DNA of 64,000 nt from Myxococcota bacterium (GTDB taxonomy: Bacteria; Myxococcota_A; SURF-8): positions 132,174-196,173 of the forward strand of contig CAXXQS010000003.1 in NCBI GenBank assembly GCA_963674735.2. The letters are read 5' to 3'. The notes under the pieces were generated by a model that did not search any database, was not told the origin of the DNA, and saw only the letters and a list, made by a program, of their open reading frames with translations. A program made the position numbers and the translations under genes. Positions 17,707 through 27,827 of this stretch are shown here, one piece after another. The stretch's first letter is position 1. The number at the start of each line of letters is the position of its first letter.

Positions 17707-20100
17707 CTACGCTCCCACCTTCAGCGTGCAGATCGTGAACGCTCCTGCCTGCGCGCGGTTATTCTCGATAGCGCAAGCATTCCCGTCCGCGATGGTTTCG
17801 GTGATGACATCACCCAGGCATTCGACGTGTATCCCTTTGTAGGGGAAGGGGAAGTCGCCGCTCTCACTGCGCGTGAGGGTCCAGCCCTCGTCGCTCGCAA
17901 CGACTTCGAAGCGGTCGAGACGCGACTCGCCGTCGCCGTCGCCCGCATCGCTGTAGAGCGTGAAATCGAAGGCTTGCCGATCGCGCGGCAGGGCCAGACG
18001 CAGCGTGAGGGTCTCGCCCTCTTCGCTCGGAACGAGGCTCCCCGCCCGCATGAACAGCGGCAGGTGGTCGAGCGGGGCGGCGACCGTCAGCGTCGCGTGG
18101 CCGTTGTGACGCTCGCCCGTCCACCAGTCCAGCCATTCGCCTTCGGGTAAGGTCACCTCGCGCGCGGTCGCACCTTCTTGTACCACCGGCGCCACCAGCA
18201 ACGCATCGCCCAGCATGAACGCATCGTCGATGTCGTACAGGCGCGCGTCTTCGGGGCGGGTCCACCACAAGGGGCGCACCAGCGGCGCACCGCTTTGCGC
18301 GGCCTCGAAGGCCAGTGTGTACCAGAAGGGCATCAGGCGTTCGCGCAGACGCATGTAGCGACGTGCGATGACGGTGGTCTCCTCGCCGAAGCTCCACGGC
18401 TCGCGGCGCGGAACGAAGGCCGCCGAGTGGGTGCGGAAAAACGGGTGGAAGGCCGACATCTGCAGCCAGCGGATGTACAACTCGGGCTTGGGATGGCCGT
18501 TGAAACCGCCGGTGTCGGAACCGGTGTAGGGCCAGCCCGACAAACCGAGCATCAGCGGCAGACGCAGATTGTGTTGCAGGCTCCACCAGTTGCAGCCGGT
18601 ATCGCCGGTCCAGTTCCAGGCGTAGCGCTGCACACCGGTCCAACCGGAGCGGGTGAGCAGCCAGGGACGGCGTTCCGGATGCAGGCGCGTCAGGCCTTCG
18701 AAGGCGGCGCGATTTTCGAGCAGGGCGTATACGTTGTGCGCTTCCACGTGATTGCCGCCGCGACCTTCCAAACTATGTTCGGTGGAGAGCGGCAGCGTGG
18801 GACGCCCGGTGCTGCTGAAGGCGGCCGGTTCGTTCATGTCGTGCCAGAAGCCGTCAACGCCGAGCTTCGTGAGGGTGGCGTATTGACGCCCCCACCAGGC
18901 GCGTACCTCCGGATCGGTGAAGTCGGGAAAGCCGCACCAGCCGGGCCAGACGGGCGCTTTCACCGGCTGACCATCGGGCTGACGGCAGAAGCGATCGTGT
19001 TCCAGGCCGTCCCGGTAGAGATCGTACTCGGGATCGACTTTGACGCCCGGATCGAGAATCGTGACCAGCTTCGCCCCGCGTTCGTGGACCCGGTCGCTTA
19101 CATGGCCGAGATCGGGGAAGCGTTCGCGATCGACGGTGAAAACGCGATAGCCGTCCATGTAATGGATGTCGAGATGCAGCGCCGACAGCGGCAGGTCGTG
19201 GGTTTGAAAACCGTCGAGCACCTCCAGCGCTTCCGCTTCGGTTTTGTAGCTCCAGCGGCACTGGTGGTAGCCCAGCGCCCACTTGGGCGGCATGGCCGGA
19301 CGGCCGGTCAGTTCCGTGTAGCGGTCGAGGGCGCGCGGAACCGGTCCCGGAATGAAATACCCGCGCATGGCTCCACCGGCGAAATGCACGGACGGCGTCT
19401 CGCCGAAATCGAAGGTGCCCAGATGCGTGTTTTCGAAGAAGGCAAGGTACGCGCCGTCCGCGTGCAGGCCGAGATGTGCGGGAATGCACACATAGATGGG
19501 GTCTTTGCCGGTTTTGTAATCCCCCATGGCCTCCTGATTCCAGATCAGGTAGGCGGAACCGCGCAGATTAAGGGCGTGGTTGCGTTGTCCCAGCCCGAAA
19601 ATATGCTCGTCCGCTTTCAGCGAGGTGGGCCATTTCCAGCCGTCCCCGGCCCGCAGAGGCACATCGTAACGGCGCAGTTCCCGACCCTGTGGGTCGGTGA
19701 GGACCATTCCGCCCTGGCGGTCGATGCAGACCGTCAGCTCCGAGGTCGTGAGGCACCAGCCTTCCGGCGATTCGGCGAGGTCCACTTCCACCGGCGGCCA
19801 GTCGTCCTTGGCGATGGCATAGGGAACCGGCAGTGCGCCGGGAGTCCAGGTGACGCGCAGCAGATCGGCGGCCAGAAAGGTCACCTCCGCCTCGGCATCG
19901 TCGAACACGAGCTTCAAGCCCTGGTTGATGGGCTGAGCCTGTTTCAGCTCGCCGATGGGGTCGGCCAGCCGAGCCTGGCGCTTGAGTTCCTTCTGCAGCT
20001 TTCGTTCCAGGCTCAGTTTGGTGAATCCGAAACGGATGGCCTTGGCCACGTTGCCCCAGCCGACCGTGTTGAGGCCTTTCAGGATCGTGATCGGGTCCAT
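17707..20100 (-). CDS. GH31 alpha-glucosidase/alpha-xylosidase
   Basis: 797 aa with the GH31 nucleophile motif 'GVDGFWHDMNEP'. No obvious signal peptide. Confidence 0.9.
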   Translation of the reverse strand: MDPITILKGLNTVGWGNVAKAIRFGFTKLSLERKLQKELKRQARLADPIGELKQAQPINQGLKLVFDDAEAEVTFLAADLLRVTWTPGALPVPYAIAKDDWPPVEVDLAESPEGWCLTTSELTVCIDRQGGMVLTDPQGRELRRYDVPLRAGDGWKWPTSLKADEHIFGLGQRNHALNLRGSAYLIWNQEAMGDYKTGKDPIYVCIPAHLGLHADGAYLAFFENTHLGTFDFGETPSVHFAGGAMRGYFIPGPVPRALDRYTELTGRPAMPPKWALGYHQCRWSYKTEAEALEVLDGFQTHDLPLSALHLDIHYMDGYRVFTVDRERFPDLGHVSDRVHERGAKLVTILDPGVKVDPEYDLYRDGLEHDRFCRQPDGQPVKAPVWPGWCGFPDFTDPEVRAWWGRQYATLTKLGVDGFWHDMNEPAAFSSTGRPTLPLSTEHSLEGRGGNHVEAHNVYALLENRAAFEGLTRLHPERRPWLLTRSGWTGVQRYAWNWTGDTGCNWWSLQHNLRLPLMLGLSGWPYTGSDTGGFNGHPKPELYIRWLQMSAFHPFFRTHSAAFVPRREPWSFGEETTVIARRYMRLRERLMPFWYTLAFEAAQSGAPLVRPLWWTRPEDARLYDIDDAFMLGDALLVAPVVQEGATAREVTLPEGEWLDWWTGERHNGHATLTVAAPLDHLPLFMRAGSLVPSEEGETLTLRLALPRDRQAFDFTLYSDAGDGDGESRLDRFEVVASDEGWTLTRSESGDFPFPYKGIHVECLGDVITETIADGNACAIENNRAQAGAFTICTLKVGA

Positions 20101-20107
20101 ACCTGCG

Positions 20108-21679
20108 CTACTCCGTCGGCTCGGGACCGTTCAGGGTCGGGGTGTGGCACAGATAGGTGGTGTCGTTGTCCACGCTGATCTGCAATTCGTTGCGGTTGAT
20201 GCCGCAGTTTTCCTCGCTGCGCCCCAGCTGGATGACGTCCAGGCAGGTGGCGTCGTCGGGCAACCGCATGAACCGTATGTAGCTGCGCTCGGGATCGACG
20301 TACAGGTTGGGCTCGACGTCCACCGCGTAAGTCGGATCGCTCGCCCCGAGCACCACCGACTCGTTTTCCGTGTAGAGCAGGCCCTGCATCTTGGTCACAC
20401 GGCCTTCTTCGTCTGTCTGGGCAACGTCGAAGATGCCGTATTGGTCGGCGCGGTTGGCGTTGTAGATCTCGCCGGTCAGGATACCGTTCATCACCGTGGT
20501 GACGCCGGGTTTGCTGTCGCGATCCTGATCCCAATTGCCGGTCAGATCGTCGCGTGTGGGCAGCGGATCGTTGACCGGATCGTCCAGCAGGGCGCCGCGC
20601 AACTCCAAGTAATGGGACGTTTGCAGGCTTTTACCCACTTCCGCGCTTTCGGGTTCGGCAGTCCAATGATGATAGGCGATGGCCAGGGTGTAATCGGCGG
20701 GGTACTCCATCCAGGCGAGGTCGTCGTAATCGCTGACATCGTCCAGGGTGGGGTTGTCTTCATCGGCGCGGAAATTGAGCGCCTGGTGATAGCAGTACTT
20801 GCCGTCGATCTCGATGCCGTTTTCCGTTTGGCGGATGCGAATGAGCTGGTGATGGATGTTGGTGCTGTCTTGGCAGTTGACGAGGGGGAAGCCGCAGTTG
20901 GTGAAGGTGGTTTCGTTTATGGCTCCGTAAATACCCACGAATTTCGCACTCTCCTTGGTGTCGTCCACGTGCTCGCCCCAGTCGATGCCCTCTTCACGGG
21001 GGATGCAGCGGCCCAAAACCGTGGTTTCGGCGTCGCCGAAGAAATTGGCGACCGGGTCCACATCTTCCGGCAGGTCGCAGCGCCACTGGTAGCCGTGGAA
21101 GGCGCAGGACGAATCGTCGTAGCAATAGCGGTAGCACAGTTTGCGGTCGTCTTCGGGGTCGGCGGCGCAGCGGTGGCCGCGATCCATGGGGCCGCATTCT
21201 TCGTCGTTGTTGCAGGGCAGGGTGCAGTAGCCGTCCGAGCCGCAGACATATGTGCCGCCCAACTCATCTTGGCAGGATTTGTCGTCGGTGCAGAACGAGG
21301 TGCTCTGCTTGATGCAGCGTGGGTCTTCTTCCTGGTCGACCGGGATGCAGCCGCCGCAATCGGAGCATTTGAAGTTGAGGGGAGGCAGGTCGGCTTCATC
21401 GAAGGTCAGTCCCTGGGCCTTGGCGGCTTCCCAGGCGGCCTGGATTTCGTCGTCCATGAAGTAACAGTCGCGGTTGGCCGTGCATTCCACCATGCAGGCG
21501 GAGGTGGCGGCGTCGCAGAAGCTGCCCGTGCCGCAGTCGGCCGATGTTTCGCAGGTCAAGTGGCCGAGGTCGCCTTCGAAAAGGGCTCCGTCGGTTTTTT
21601 CGCAGCCGGCGGAAAACATGACAAGCAGTAGCGCCAAGGCCGCCAGTCCGGCAATTTCGATGGTTTGATACGTACGCAT
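20108..21679 (-). CDS. Cys-rich lipoprotein, unknown function
   Basis: Signal peptide plus lipobox 'VMFSAGC'. Repeated small disulfide modules (CETSADCGTGSFCDAATSAC, CTDDKSCQDELGGTYVCGSDGYC, CNNDEECGPMDRGHRC). It lies 7 nt upstream of GH31. Confidence 0.7.
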   Translation of the reverse strand: MRTYQTIEIAGLAALALLLVMFSAGCEKTDGALFEGDLGHLTCETSADCGTGSFCDAATSACMVECTANRDCYFMDDEIQAAWEAAKAQGLTFDEADLPPLNFKCSDCGGCIPVDQEEDPRCIKQSTSFCTDDKSCQDELGGTYVCGSDGYCTLPCNNDEECGPMDRGHRCAADPEDDRKLCYRYCYDDSSCAFHGYQWRCDLPEDVDPVANFFGDAETTVLGRCIPREEGIDWGEHVDDTKESAKFVGIYGAINETTFTNCGFPLVNCQDSTNIHHQLIRIRQTENGIEIDGKYCYHQALNFRADEDNPTLDDVSDYDDLAWMEYPADYTLAIAYHHWTAEPESAEVGKSLQTSHYLELRGALLDDPVNDPLPTRDDLTGNWDQDRDSKPGVTTVMNGILTGEIYNANRADQYGIFDVAQTDEEGRVTKMQGLLYTENESVVLGASDPTYAVDVEPNLYVDPERSYIRFMRLPDDATCLDVIQLGRSEENCGINRNELQISVDNDTTYLCHTPTLNGPEPTE

Positions 21680-21710
21680 GCTCGATTCTCCTTCAGGCTT
21701 GGATCACCTT

Positions 21711-23249
21711 TTAAAACACATACCGGAACGAAACGCTGGTCAGGATGATCCAACCCTTCATCTTGTAACCGGGATAACCCGGGTTGTTGGTCTGCAGTCC
21801 CTGCGCTTCCGCGATGGGCAAATCGCCGATGATCGTGGTGGTGTCGTCGGCGAATTCGTCCACGATCAGGCTGGGATCCTTGTAAACGGTGCGTGGGATC
21901 ATGTGCCAGAACTGCATGGCGAAATCGAAGCCGAATTTCTTTTCGAACAGGGTGAAGTCGAGTTTGTGGCCCAAAGACGCCATCAGGGTGTCCGAATCGG
22001 CGTAGTTGGTGCGGCCCACCTGGGCGGGAACCGGCGACTGCTGATAGCCGAAACCGGTCATGATTTCACCACTGAGGGCTTCGTTCGAATAGTAGAGATA
22101 CTGTCCGCTCCAGGCGAGGGAGACGGTATCTTTGAATTTGAATTGGCTGTCGTTGCCCACCAGCGGATCGTCGTAATAGGGGGAAGTGGGGAAATGCGCC
22201 GCCGCTTCCGGCTTTTGATCGTGGTGGTCGTGATAGAAATGCCACATGTTCCAGGTGGCGGTCAACTGACTGGTGACGCCCCATTTCTTGAAGCCGATCG
22301 ATCCGGCGAATTCCATGGGCTCGTAATCGACGATCAGGGTGATTTTCTGGACGGCGCGTTTGGGAATGGTGTATTCGTTGCTGCTCTCGTGGAACTGCCA
22401 CAGGCTCATCATGCCGCCGCCGTCCACCTTCATATAAGACCAATGCCGCCAGGCGACGCCCAGGCCCAGCCAGTCGAGCGGTTCCGCCTGGATACCCACG
22501 ATGGGCTTGATGGCCAGGGCCACTTCGCTTTTGCTGTTCATCAGCGAGTAATCTTGCACCGAGGCATCGGGCATGTAGATATCCATTTTGGCCACGGTGG
22601 ACATCCCCAGCTTGACCGAGATGCCGAAGGACAAAAAGTCCCAGGGCGCGTAGGAGACGCCCAGCAGGCCGTCGAGCACCTTGGCCCATTCGCCGAAACG
22701 ATTGAAATGCACCTGGTTGCTGAAATGCTGGTCGTTTTCATTGAAGAAATGCGACTGGAACGAGGCGATGTTGAGCGAGTCGATGGGAATCAGCATGATG
22801 TTGGCGAAACGGAAACCCTCGAAAAACTCGATGGACGTTCCGAAACCCACATAGGCATACGGATCGTTGACTTTCGTATTGCGGCGTTTATTCAACAACT
22901 CGACGGTGGGGAGCGCCAGATCCTGCTGATCGGGCTCGTTACCCATGCGGGAGCTGTAGATCGAAATCGGCACGTCGGTCAGGGGCGATTTGTCGAACAA
23001 GTTGATTTCCAGGTTCGGCACCCACACGGAAACCCCGATTTCGGCGGTGGCCGGAAAACGCGACAAAAGCGCGGGGTTGGTATAGAGAACGCCCAGACTG
23101 CTGCCGTATGTCACGTTGGCGTTGGCGGTTGCCATCGTTCCGGTGTCATAACCCAGGGAACGGAAAGGGCTCGCCCAGGCCGCGATTGGCAAACAGATCG
23201 CCAAAACGGCGAGGGAAACGGATCGTCGCCACATTGTTCTCCTACTCAC
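21711..23249 (-). CDS. outer-membrane beta-barrel, FadL/TodX (OMPP1)-like transporter
   Basis: Signal peptide ending 'AAWA'. It has the N-terminal hatch-like 'LGYDTGTMATANANVTYGSSLGVLYTNPALLS', alternating beta-strand pattern, and a C-terminal aromatic residue 'SFRYVF'. Confidence 0.75.
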   Translation of the reverse strand: MSRRTMWRRSVSLAVLAICLPIAAWASPFRSLGYDTGTMATANANVTYGSSLGVLYTNPALLSRFPATAEIGVSVWVPNLEINLFDKSPLTDVPISIYSSRMGNEPDQQDLALPTVELLNKRRNTKVNDPYAYVGFGTSIEFFEGFRFANIMLIPIDSLNIASFQSHFFNENDQHFSNQVHFNRFGEWAKVLDGLLGVSYAPWDFLSFGISVKLGMSTVAKMDIYMPDASVQDYSLMNSKSEVALAIKPIVGIQAEPLDWLGLGVAWRHWSYMKVDGGGMMSLWQFHESSNEYTIPKRAVQKITLIVDYEPMEFAGSIGFKKWGVTSQLTATWNMWHFYHDHHDQKPEAAAHFPTSPYYDDPLVGNDSQFKFKDTVSLAWSGQYLYYSNEALSGEIMTGFGYQQSPVPAQVGRTNYADSDTLMASLGHKLDFTLFEKKFGFDFAMQFWHMIPRTVYKDPSLIVDEFADDTTTIIGDLPIAEAQGLQTNNPGYPGYKMKGWIILTSVSFRYVF

Positions 23250-23453
23250 TACAACCTCCTTCTACCGAACGAGAATGGCTTGAATGGCCGGATTCCACGA
23301 ATCGCGGAAATGCCGGTTTTCATATGGGTATTGTCGTTTATCGAAGACAGCATCCTGCACCCGGCTTGCACCGGTTAACGTTAGCCGTTTATGCTTACAC
23401 CAAGATGCCCAAAGGTTCCATGATTTTTTCGGGAGAATGTCATTTGGTGGAAT

Positions 23454-24497
23454 TCAGACAAGCGACGCCACGCGAACCGAGCGATTTTCGGCCAGGGAAC
23501 GCCGAACGGCATCGTTGACGGCGATGGCCCGCAAGGCACCCGTCAGATCGAAGCGGGAAGGGACGCGGCGCTCCAGGTGTTCCAGAATATGGACGCGCAA
23601 GGCCCGTTCCTGTTGTTCCGGCGAATACTCGGCCCGATCGTCCCAAACCGTTACGATATCCTTGCGTTTCAGACGTATTTTGGGTGCTTCGACCAGGCAG
23701 CTGTCGAGGTTGCGCAGCCACAGAATGCCATCCGTGCCGGTGATTTCCAGGCTGTGGTCGCCGCCTGCGGCTGTCGGGAGTTGGGGCGAGTAGACGGCTT
23801 CATGCACGCCGTAACGTCCGGCCTCTTTGAATCGCAGCGCCAGCATGCGGCGACCCGCTCCGCCATAGGCGAAGAGTTTGTCGATGGGCCCCATCAAATG
23901 CTCGATCAACGCCGCCTTGTCGAAGGGGGGCAGCATGCATATTTCAATGGCGGGATCGTTCAATGTTTCAGTAAAATCGGCCATGTTCGTGTCAAGCTGT
24001 GAGCCGATATGGGATTTCACGCGGATATGCTGGATTTCACCGACTTGCCCGTCACGCAGCAGTTCCCGTGTTTGATCGGTAAAGGGGTGAAATAACCAGG
24101 GATCCAGCAGATAGGCTCGGGTGTCGAACCGCGCGAAGACCCGGCGCAGGCGGTCGGCTTCATCCAGCGACACGGCGAAGGGTTTGGGGAAGATGATCGG
24201 GATGCCCGCCTTGGCGATGCGTTCGCAGATGTCGAGAGACGGCATGGACAGCCGGTGCAGTTCCACCGCCTGCGGAGCGGCCGTTTCGATCAAGGCGTCG
24301 ATCGTCGGATAAACGGGAACCGCTTCATCGGCCGGGTCGCCGAGACCGCTATTTGGCTGAAAATCGCCATTCGGGGACACGCGGCCCACCCAGTCGACGG
24401 TTTCCAGGTCGGCATAGACGCGGCAGGCGCGCTCGGCGGCGGGGCCATGGCCGATAACGGCGACGCGCAGAGGCGTTGGGCTTGGGTTTTCTAGCAT
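23454..24497 (-). CDS. Gfo/Idh/MocA family oxidoreductase
   Basis: N-terminal Rossmann 'LRVAVIGHGPAAE'. Length and layout are typical of the family. Confidence 0.85.
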   Translation of the reverse strand: MLENPSPTPLRVAVIGHGPAAERACRVYADLETVDWVGRVSPNGDFQPNSGLGDPADEAVPVYPTIDALIETAAPQAVELHRLSMPSLDICERIAKAGIPIIFPKPFAVSLDEADRLRRVFARFDTRAYLLDPWLFHPFTDQTRELLRDGQVGEIQHIRVKSHIGSQLDTNMADFTETLNDPAIEICMLPPFDKAALIEHLMGPIDKLFAYGGAGRRMLALRFKEAGRYGVHEAVYSPQLPTAAGGDHSLEITGTDGILWLRNLDSCLVEAPKIRLKRKDIVTVWDDRAEYSPEQQERALRVHILEHLERRVPSRFDLTGALRAIAVNDAVRRSLAENRSVRVASLV

Positions 24498-24507
24498 GGG
24501 TATGTCC

Positions 24508-24777
24508 TCACCGCAAGGCGCCGCGTATCAGCGCTTTGAACTGATGTCGCCGCGCGTCGGTGACCATCCGCCGGGCTAAGCGGGCCGAGTGTGGATTGGA
24601 GAAAATTCGCAGGACATCGCGGAGCACGGTAGCGCGGAAATCCTTCGGGTTGCGTTTGACGATCATCCGGCGCAGACGCGAAAGGACGGCGATAAACAGC
24701 CGGTCGGGCAGCAGCACCAGCAGACGCGCCAACCAATAAATGATTTCGGACATACATTCGGTCATCCAGCGTTTCAT
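24508..24777 (-). CDS. small hypothetical membrane protein (89 aa)
   Basis: The ATG at 24777 is 2 nt after the upstream stop and the ORF ends 10 nt before the next gene. One hydrophobic helix 'IIYWLARLLVLLPDRLFIAVL' resembles the N-terminus of LpxL-type acyltransferases. Weak support. Confidence 0.35.
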   Translation of the reverse strand: MKRWMTECMSEIIYWLARLLVLLPDRLFIAVLSRLRRMIVKRNPKDFRATVLRDVLRIFSNPHSARLARRMVTDARRHQFKALIRGALR

Positions 24778-24779
24778 GC

Positions 24780-25838
24780 CTACTCGTCGATTTCTTCCGG
24801 GCGCAGTTCGCGCCCTTCCTTCGCCGAACGAATCGCGGCGAAGCAGAATTGTTGAACGTCGAGCGCCTGTTCGCCCGTGAGCAGCGGCTCGCGGTCGTGG
24901 CGGATGCAATCGATGAAATGGCGGGTCGAATCGACGAAGCTGTCCTGCCAATCGGCCCGCAGATTTTCAAACGCGGTGGTTTGTCCGTCGCGATGCAGGA
25001 TCACCGCCGCTTCGTCGAGCAACTGCCCCGTGCAGCGCGTAATCCAGATAACCCCTGCATCTCCGGTTAGTTCCACCCGCTCGTCGGCGGAATAATACTT
25101 GGATTTGATGTTCAGATGCGGCGAGAAGGTGGCGTCGATACAGCCCAGCACGCCGTTTTTGGCGGTCCAGGTGACGATGGCCGGGGAGTCGATCAGGGCG
25201 AAAGACCGGTCGATCCAGGCGAAGACACGCTCCACCTCGCCCCCGAAATACACGCCGATGGAGAATTTATGGTAGCCGTCGTCGAAAATGGTGGGACCGC
25301 CGCCTTTTTCCGTTTCGGCCAGACGCCACAGCCAGGTGTCGAGCGGGACATACCAGCCGCCCGTGCCGCCCGCGCCGAGCCGGATACGGATCGAACGCAG
25401 GGTGCCGATAGAGCCGTCCGCGATCAGTTCCTTGGCTTTGTGATAGGGCGGATAAAAGACGAAATTCTCGATCACCTTGAATTTCACCCCGGCCGCACGG
25501 GTGGCCGCGATCATCTCGCGGCATTCACGGATGGACATGCCCATGGGCTTTTGCAGCTGGATGTGTTTTCCGGCGGCGGCCGCTTCCAGTACCATGGGAT
25601 GGTGCAGCGGGTGCGGCGTGTTGATTTCCACCATGTCGATTTCGGGATCGGCCAGCACCGCGTGGTAGTCGGTGCTCCAGTTGCGCGTCTTCCATTCTTT
25701 CTGTCGTGCGCGCGCCGAGGCTTCGTCGTTCGTGCACACCGTGACCAGCTCGGCCTCCGGAAAATTCCGATAGGCGGGATAGTGCAGATCAGCGATGCGC
25801 CCCGCCCCGATCATGGCAACTTTTACAGGTTTGTTCAT
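24780..25838 (-). CDS. Gfo/Idh/MocA family oxidoreductase
   Basis: 'VKVAMIGAGRIADLHYPAY' Rossmann fold plus the 'EKPM'-like motif 'LQKPMGMS'. Confidence 0.9.
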   Translation of the reverse strand: MNKPVKVAMIGAGRIADLHYPAYRNFPEAELVTVCTNDEASARARQKEWKTRNWSTDYHAVLADPEIDMVEINTPHPLHHPMVLEAAAAGKHIQLQKPMGMSIRECREMIAATRAAGVKFKVIENFVFYPPYHKAKELIADGSIGTLRSIRIRLGAGGTGGWYVPLDTWLWRLAETEKGGGPTIFDDGYHKFSIGVYFGGEVERVFAWIDRSFALIDSPAIVTWTAKNGVLGCIDATFSPHLNIKSKYYSADERVELTGDAGVIWITRCTGQLLDEAAVILHRDGQTTAFENLRADWQDSFVDSTRHFIDCIRHDREPLLTGEQALDVQQFCFAAIRSAKEGRELRPEEIDE

Positions 25839-25999
25839 CGAGTGCTTCCTAAGCTGACGTTAAGGGATTATTCGAATCGAAGCCGCTGAAGTCAAGGAAA
25901 AAGACTTTTGGCAGAAGCGGTATTATGGTATATCAAGCCGCGGCTTACGCTTGCGCAAGCCGGATGTGGGTCACTCGATAAGCAAGGAGGACTCTGGCC

Positions 26000-26824
26000 G
26001 TGACGACCGTCAATCTCGGCGAACTCGAACGCCGCGCCAAACAGATCCGGCGGCGTATCATCCGCCTGACCGGCACCAAGGGGATGGGCCACACGGGCGG
26101 CTCCCTCTCGATGGTGGAGATCCTGACCGCTCTATACTTCCATACCTTGCGGGTGGATTCCGACAATCCCCGCTGGTCCGACCGCGACCGCTTCATTCTG
26201 TCCAAGGGCCACGCCACGCCCGGTTTTTACAGCGCCTTGTGCGAACGCGGTTTCTTCAGCGAGGCGGAGTTACTGGAAGGCTACGATGAAATCGACTGCT
26301 GTTTCCAGGGACACCCCGACATGAACAAAACGCCCGGAGTGGATATGTCGTCCGGCTCCCTGGGACAAGGCCTGTCGGTGGGGATCGGAGTCGCGCTGGG
26401 CATGGAACGCCGCTCGCTCGATGCCCGCATGGTCGTTTTGATGGGCGATGGCGAATTGCAGGAAGGCCAGGTGTGGGAAGCCGTGATGTTCGCCGGGCTG
26501 CGCAAGGTGAAACGGCTGATCGCCATTGTGGATAACAATCGTCTGCAACTCACCGCCCCGACGCCGTCAATTCTGGATTTGAACCCCATCGGGGAGAAGG
26601 TCGCGCCCTTCGGCTGGACCACACTGGAATGCGACGGGCACGACCTCGAGGCCTTGACCGCCTGTCTGGACGACGCCCGCCGTTTGTCCGCCGACGGGCC
26701 GGTGTGGCTGGTGGCGAACACGATCAAGGGCAAAGGCGTCAGCTTCATCGAAAATCGGGTGGAGTGGCATTCGAAAGCTCCGAGCGCCGACGAAATGGTG
26801 CGCGCGCTTGAGGAACTGGAGTAA
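26000..26824 (+). CDS. transketolase, N-terminal subunit (split type)
   Basis: GTG start after the SD 'aaggagg'. 'GHTGGSLSMVEILTALYF' and the 'GDGELQEGQVWEA' TPP-binding motif. Confidence 0.9.
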   Translation: MTTVNLGELERRAKQIRRRIIRLTGTKGMGHTGGSLSMVEILTALYFHTLRVDSDNPRWSDRDRFILSKGHATPGFYSALCERGFFSEAELLEGYDEIDCCFQGHPDMNKTPGVDMSSGSLGQGLSVGIGVALGMERRSLDARMVVLMGDGELQEGQVWEAVMFAGLRKVKRLIAIVDNNRLQLTAPTPSILDLNPIGEKVAPFGWTTLECDGHDLEALTACLDDARRLSADGPVWLVANTIKGKGVSFIENRVEWHSKAPSADEMVRALEELE

Positions 26825-26827
26825 GGC

Positions 26828-27769
26828 ATGGCTGAATCGACGATGATCGCCCCGCGCAAGGCCTTCGGCGACGCCCTGGTCGAATATGCCGAGGCGTTTC
26901 CCGAGTTGCTGGTGCTGGATGCCGACGTGGGTACGTCCACCATGACCAGCTTGTTTCACAAACACTACCCCGACCGTTTTTACGAAGTGGGGATTGCCGA
27001 AGCCAATATGATGGGTATGGCGGCGGGGCTGGCGCTGATGGGCTATACGCCCTTCGTGTCCACCTTCGCCGTGTTCGTGACCAAACGGGCGCTCGACCAG
27101 GTGAGCATTTCCATCGCCTATCCCGAATTGAATGTGAAGCTCAACGGCAGCTACGCCGGGATTCCCACCGGACGCGCCGGGGCCACCCATCAATCGGTGG
27201 AAGATGTCGCCGTGATGCGTGCGATTCCCAATATGAAGGTGCTGGTTCCGGCGGATGCCTGCGAGACCCGGCTGGCCGTCAAGCTGGCGCTGGAAACGCC
27301 CGGCCCGGTGTATCTGTCCACCGTGCGCTGCGAGGTGCCGACGCTCTTCGATGCCGGGCATACGCTCGAATGGGGCCGCGCGGTGACCTTGAAAGAGGGA
27401 TCCGACCTCACCTTGATCGGCTGCGGCATGATGACCGCCAAGGCCTTGGAGGCCGCCCGCCAGCTCGAAAACGAGGGACTAAACGCCCGCGTCTTGCACA
27501 TGCCCAGCATCAAGCCGCTGGACGAACGGGCCATCGTGGCCGCCGCGCGGGAAACGGGCCGCATCATCACGGTGGAAAATCACAGCGTGATCGGCGGACT
27601 CGGCGGGGCGGTGGCGGAAACGCTGACGGAGCAAGCCCCTTGCCGTCAACTACGTCTGGGCTTCCCCGACACTTTCGGCGAGTCGGGGGACGACGAAGCG
27701 ATTTTCAGCAAGTTCGGTTGCAATACGGAAAACATCATCGCGGCGGCGCGTCGCCTGATGAATGAATAG
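26828..27769 (+). CDS. transketolase, C-terminal subunit (split type)
   Basis: 'FYEVGIAEANMMGMAAGLA' pyrimidine-binding domain, 313 aa, 3 nt after the N-terminal subunit. Confidence 0.9.
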   Translation: MAESTMIAPRKAFGDALVEYAEAFPELLVLDADVGTSTMTSLFHKHYPDRFYEVGIAEANMMGMAAGLALMGYTPFVSTFAVFVTKRALDQVSISIAYPELNVKLNGSYAGIPTGRAGATHQSVEDVAVMRAIPNMKVLVPADACETRLAVKLALETPGPVYLSTVRCEVPTLFDAGHTLEWGRAVTLKEGSDLTLIGCGMMTAKALEAARQLENEGLNARVLHMPSIKPLDERAIVAAARETGRIITVENHSVIGGLGGAVAETLTEQAPCRQLRLGFPDTFGESGDDEAIFSKFGCNTENIIAAARRLMNE

Positions 27770-27827
27770 CAGCGGCGATCGTCGCAACGGATATCCGGCG
27801 CGGATACGCGCGAAGAAGGAGGATGGC

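Noticed and set aside
25890-25999. Possible sigma54 promoter (ttggcagaagcggtatt) upstream of the split transketolase
   Set aside because: The -24 GG is present, but the -12 position lacks the required GC (TTGC) at the correct spacing. No enhancer-binding protein gene lies nearby.
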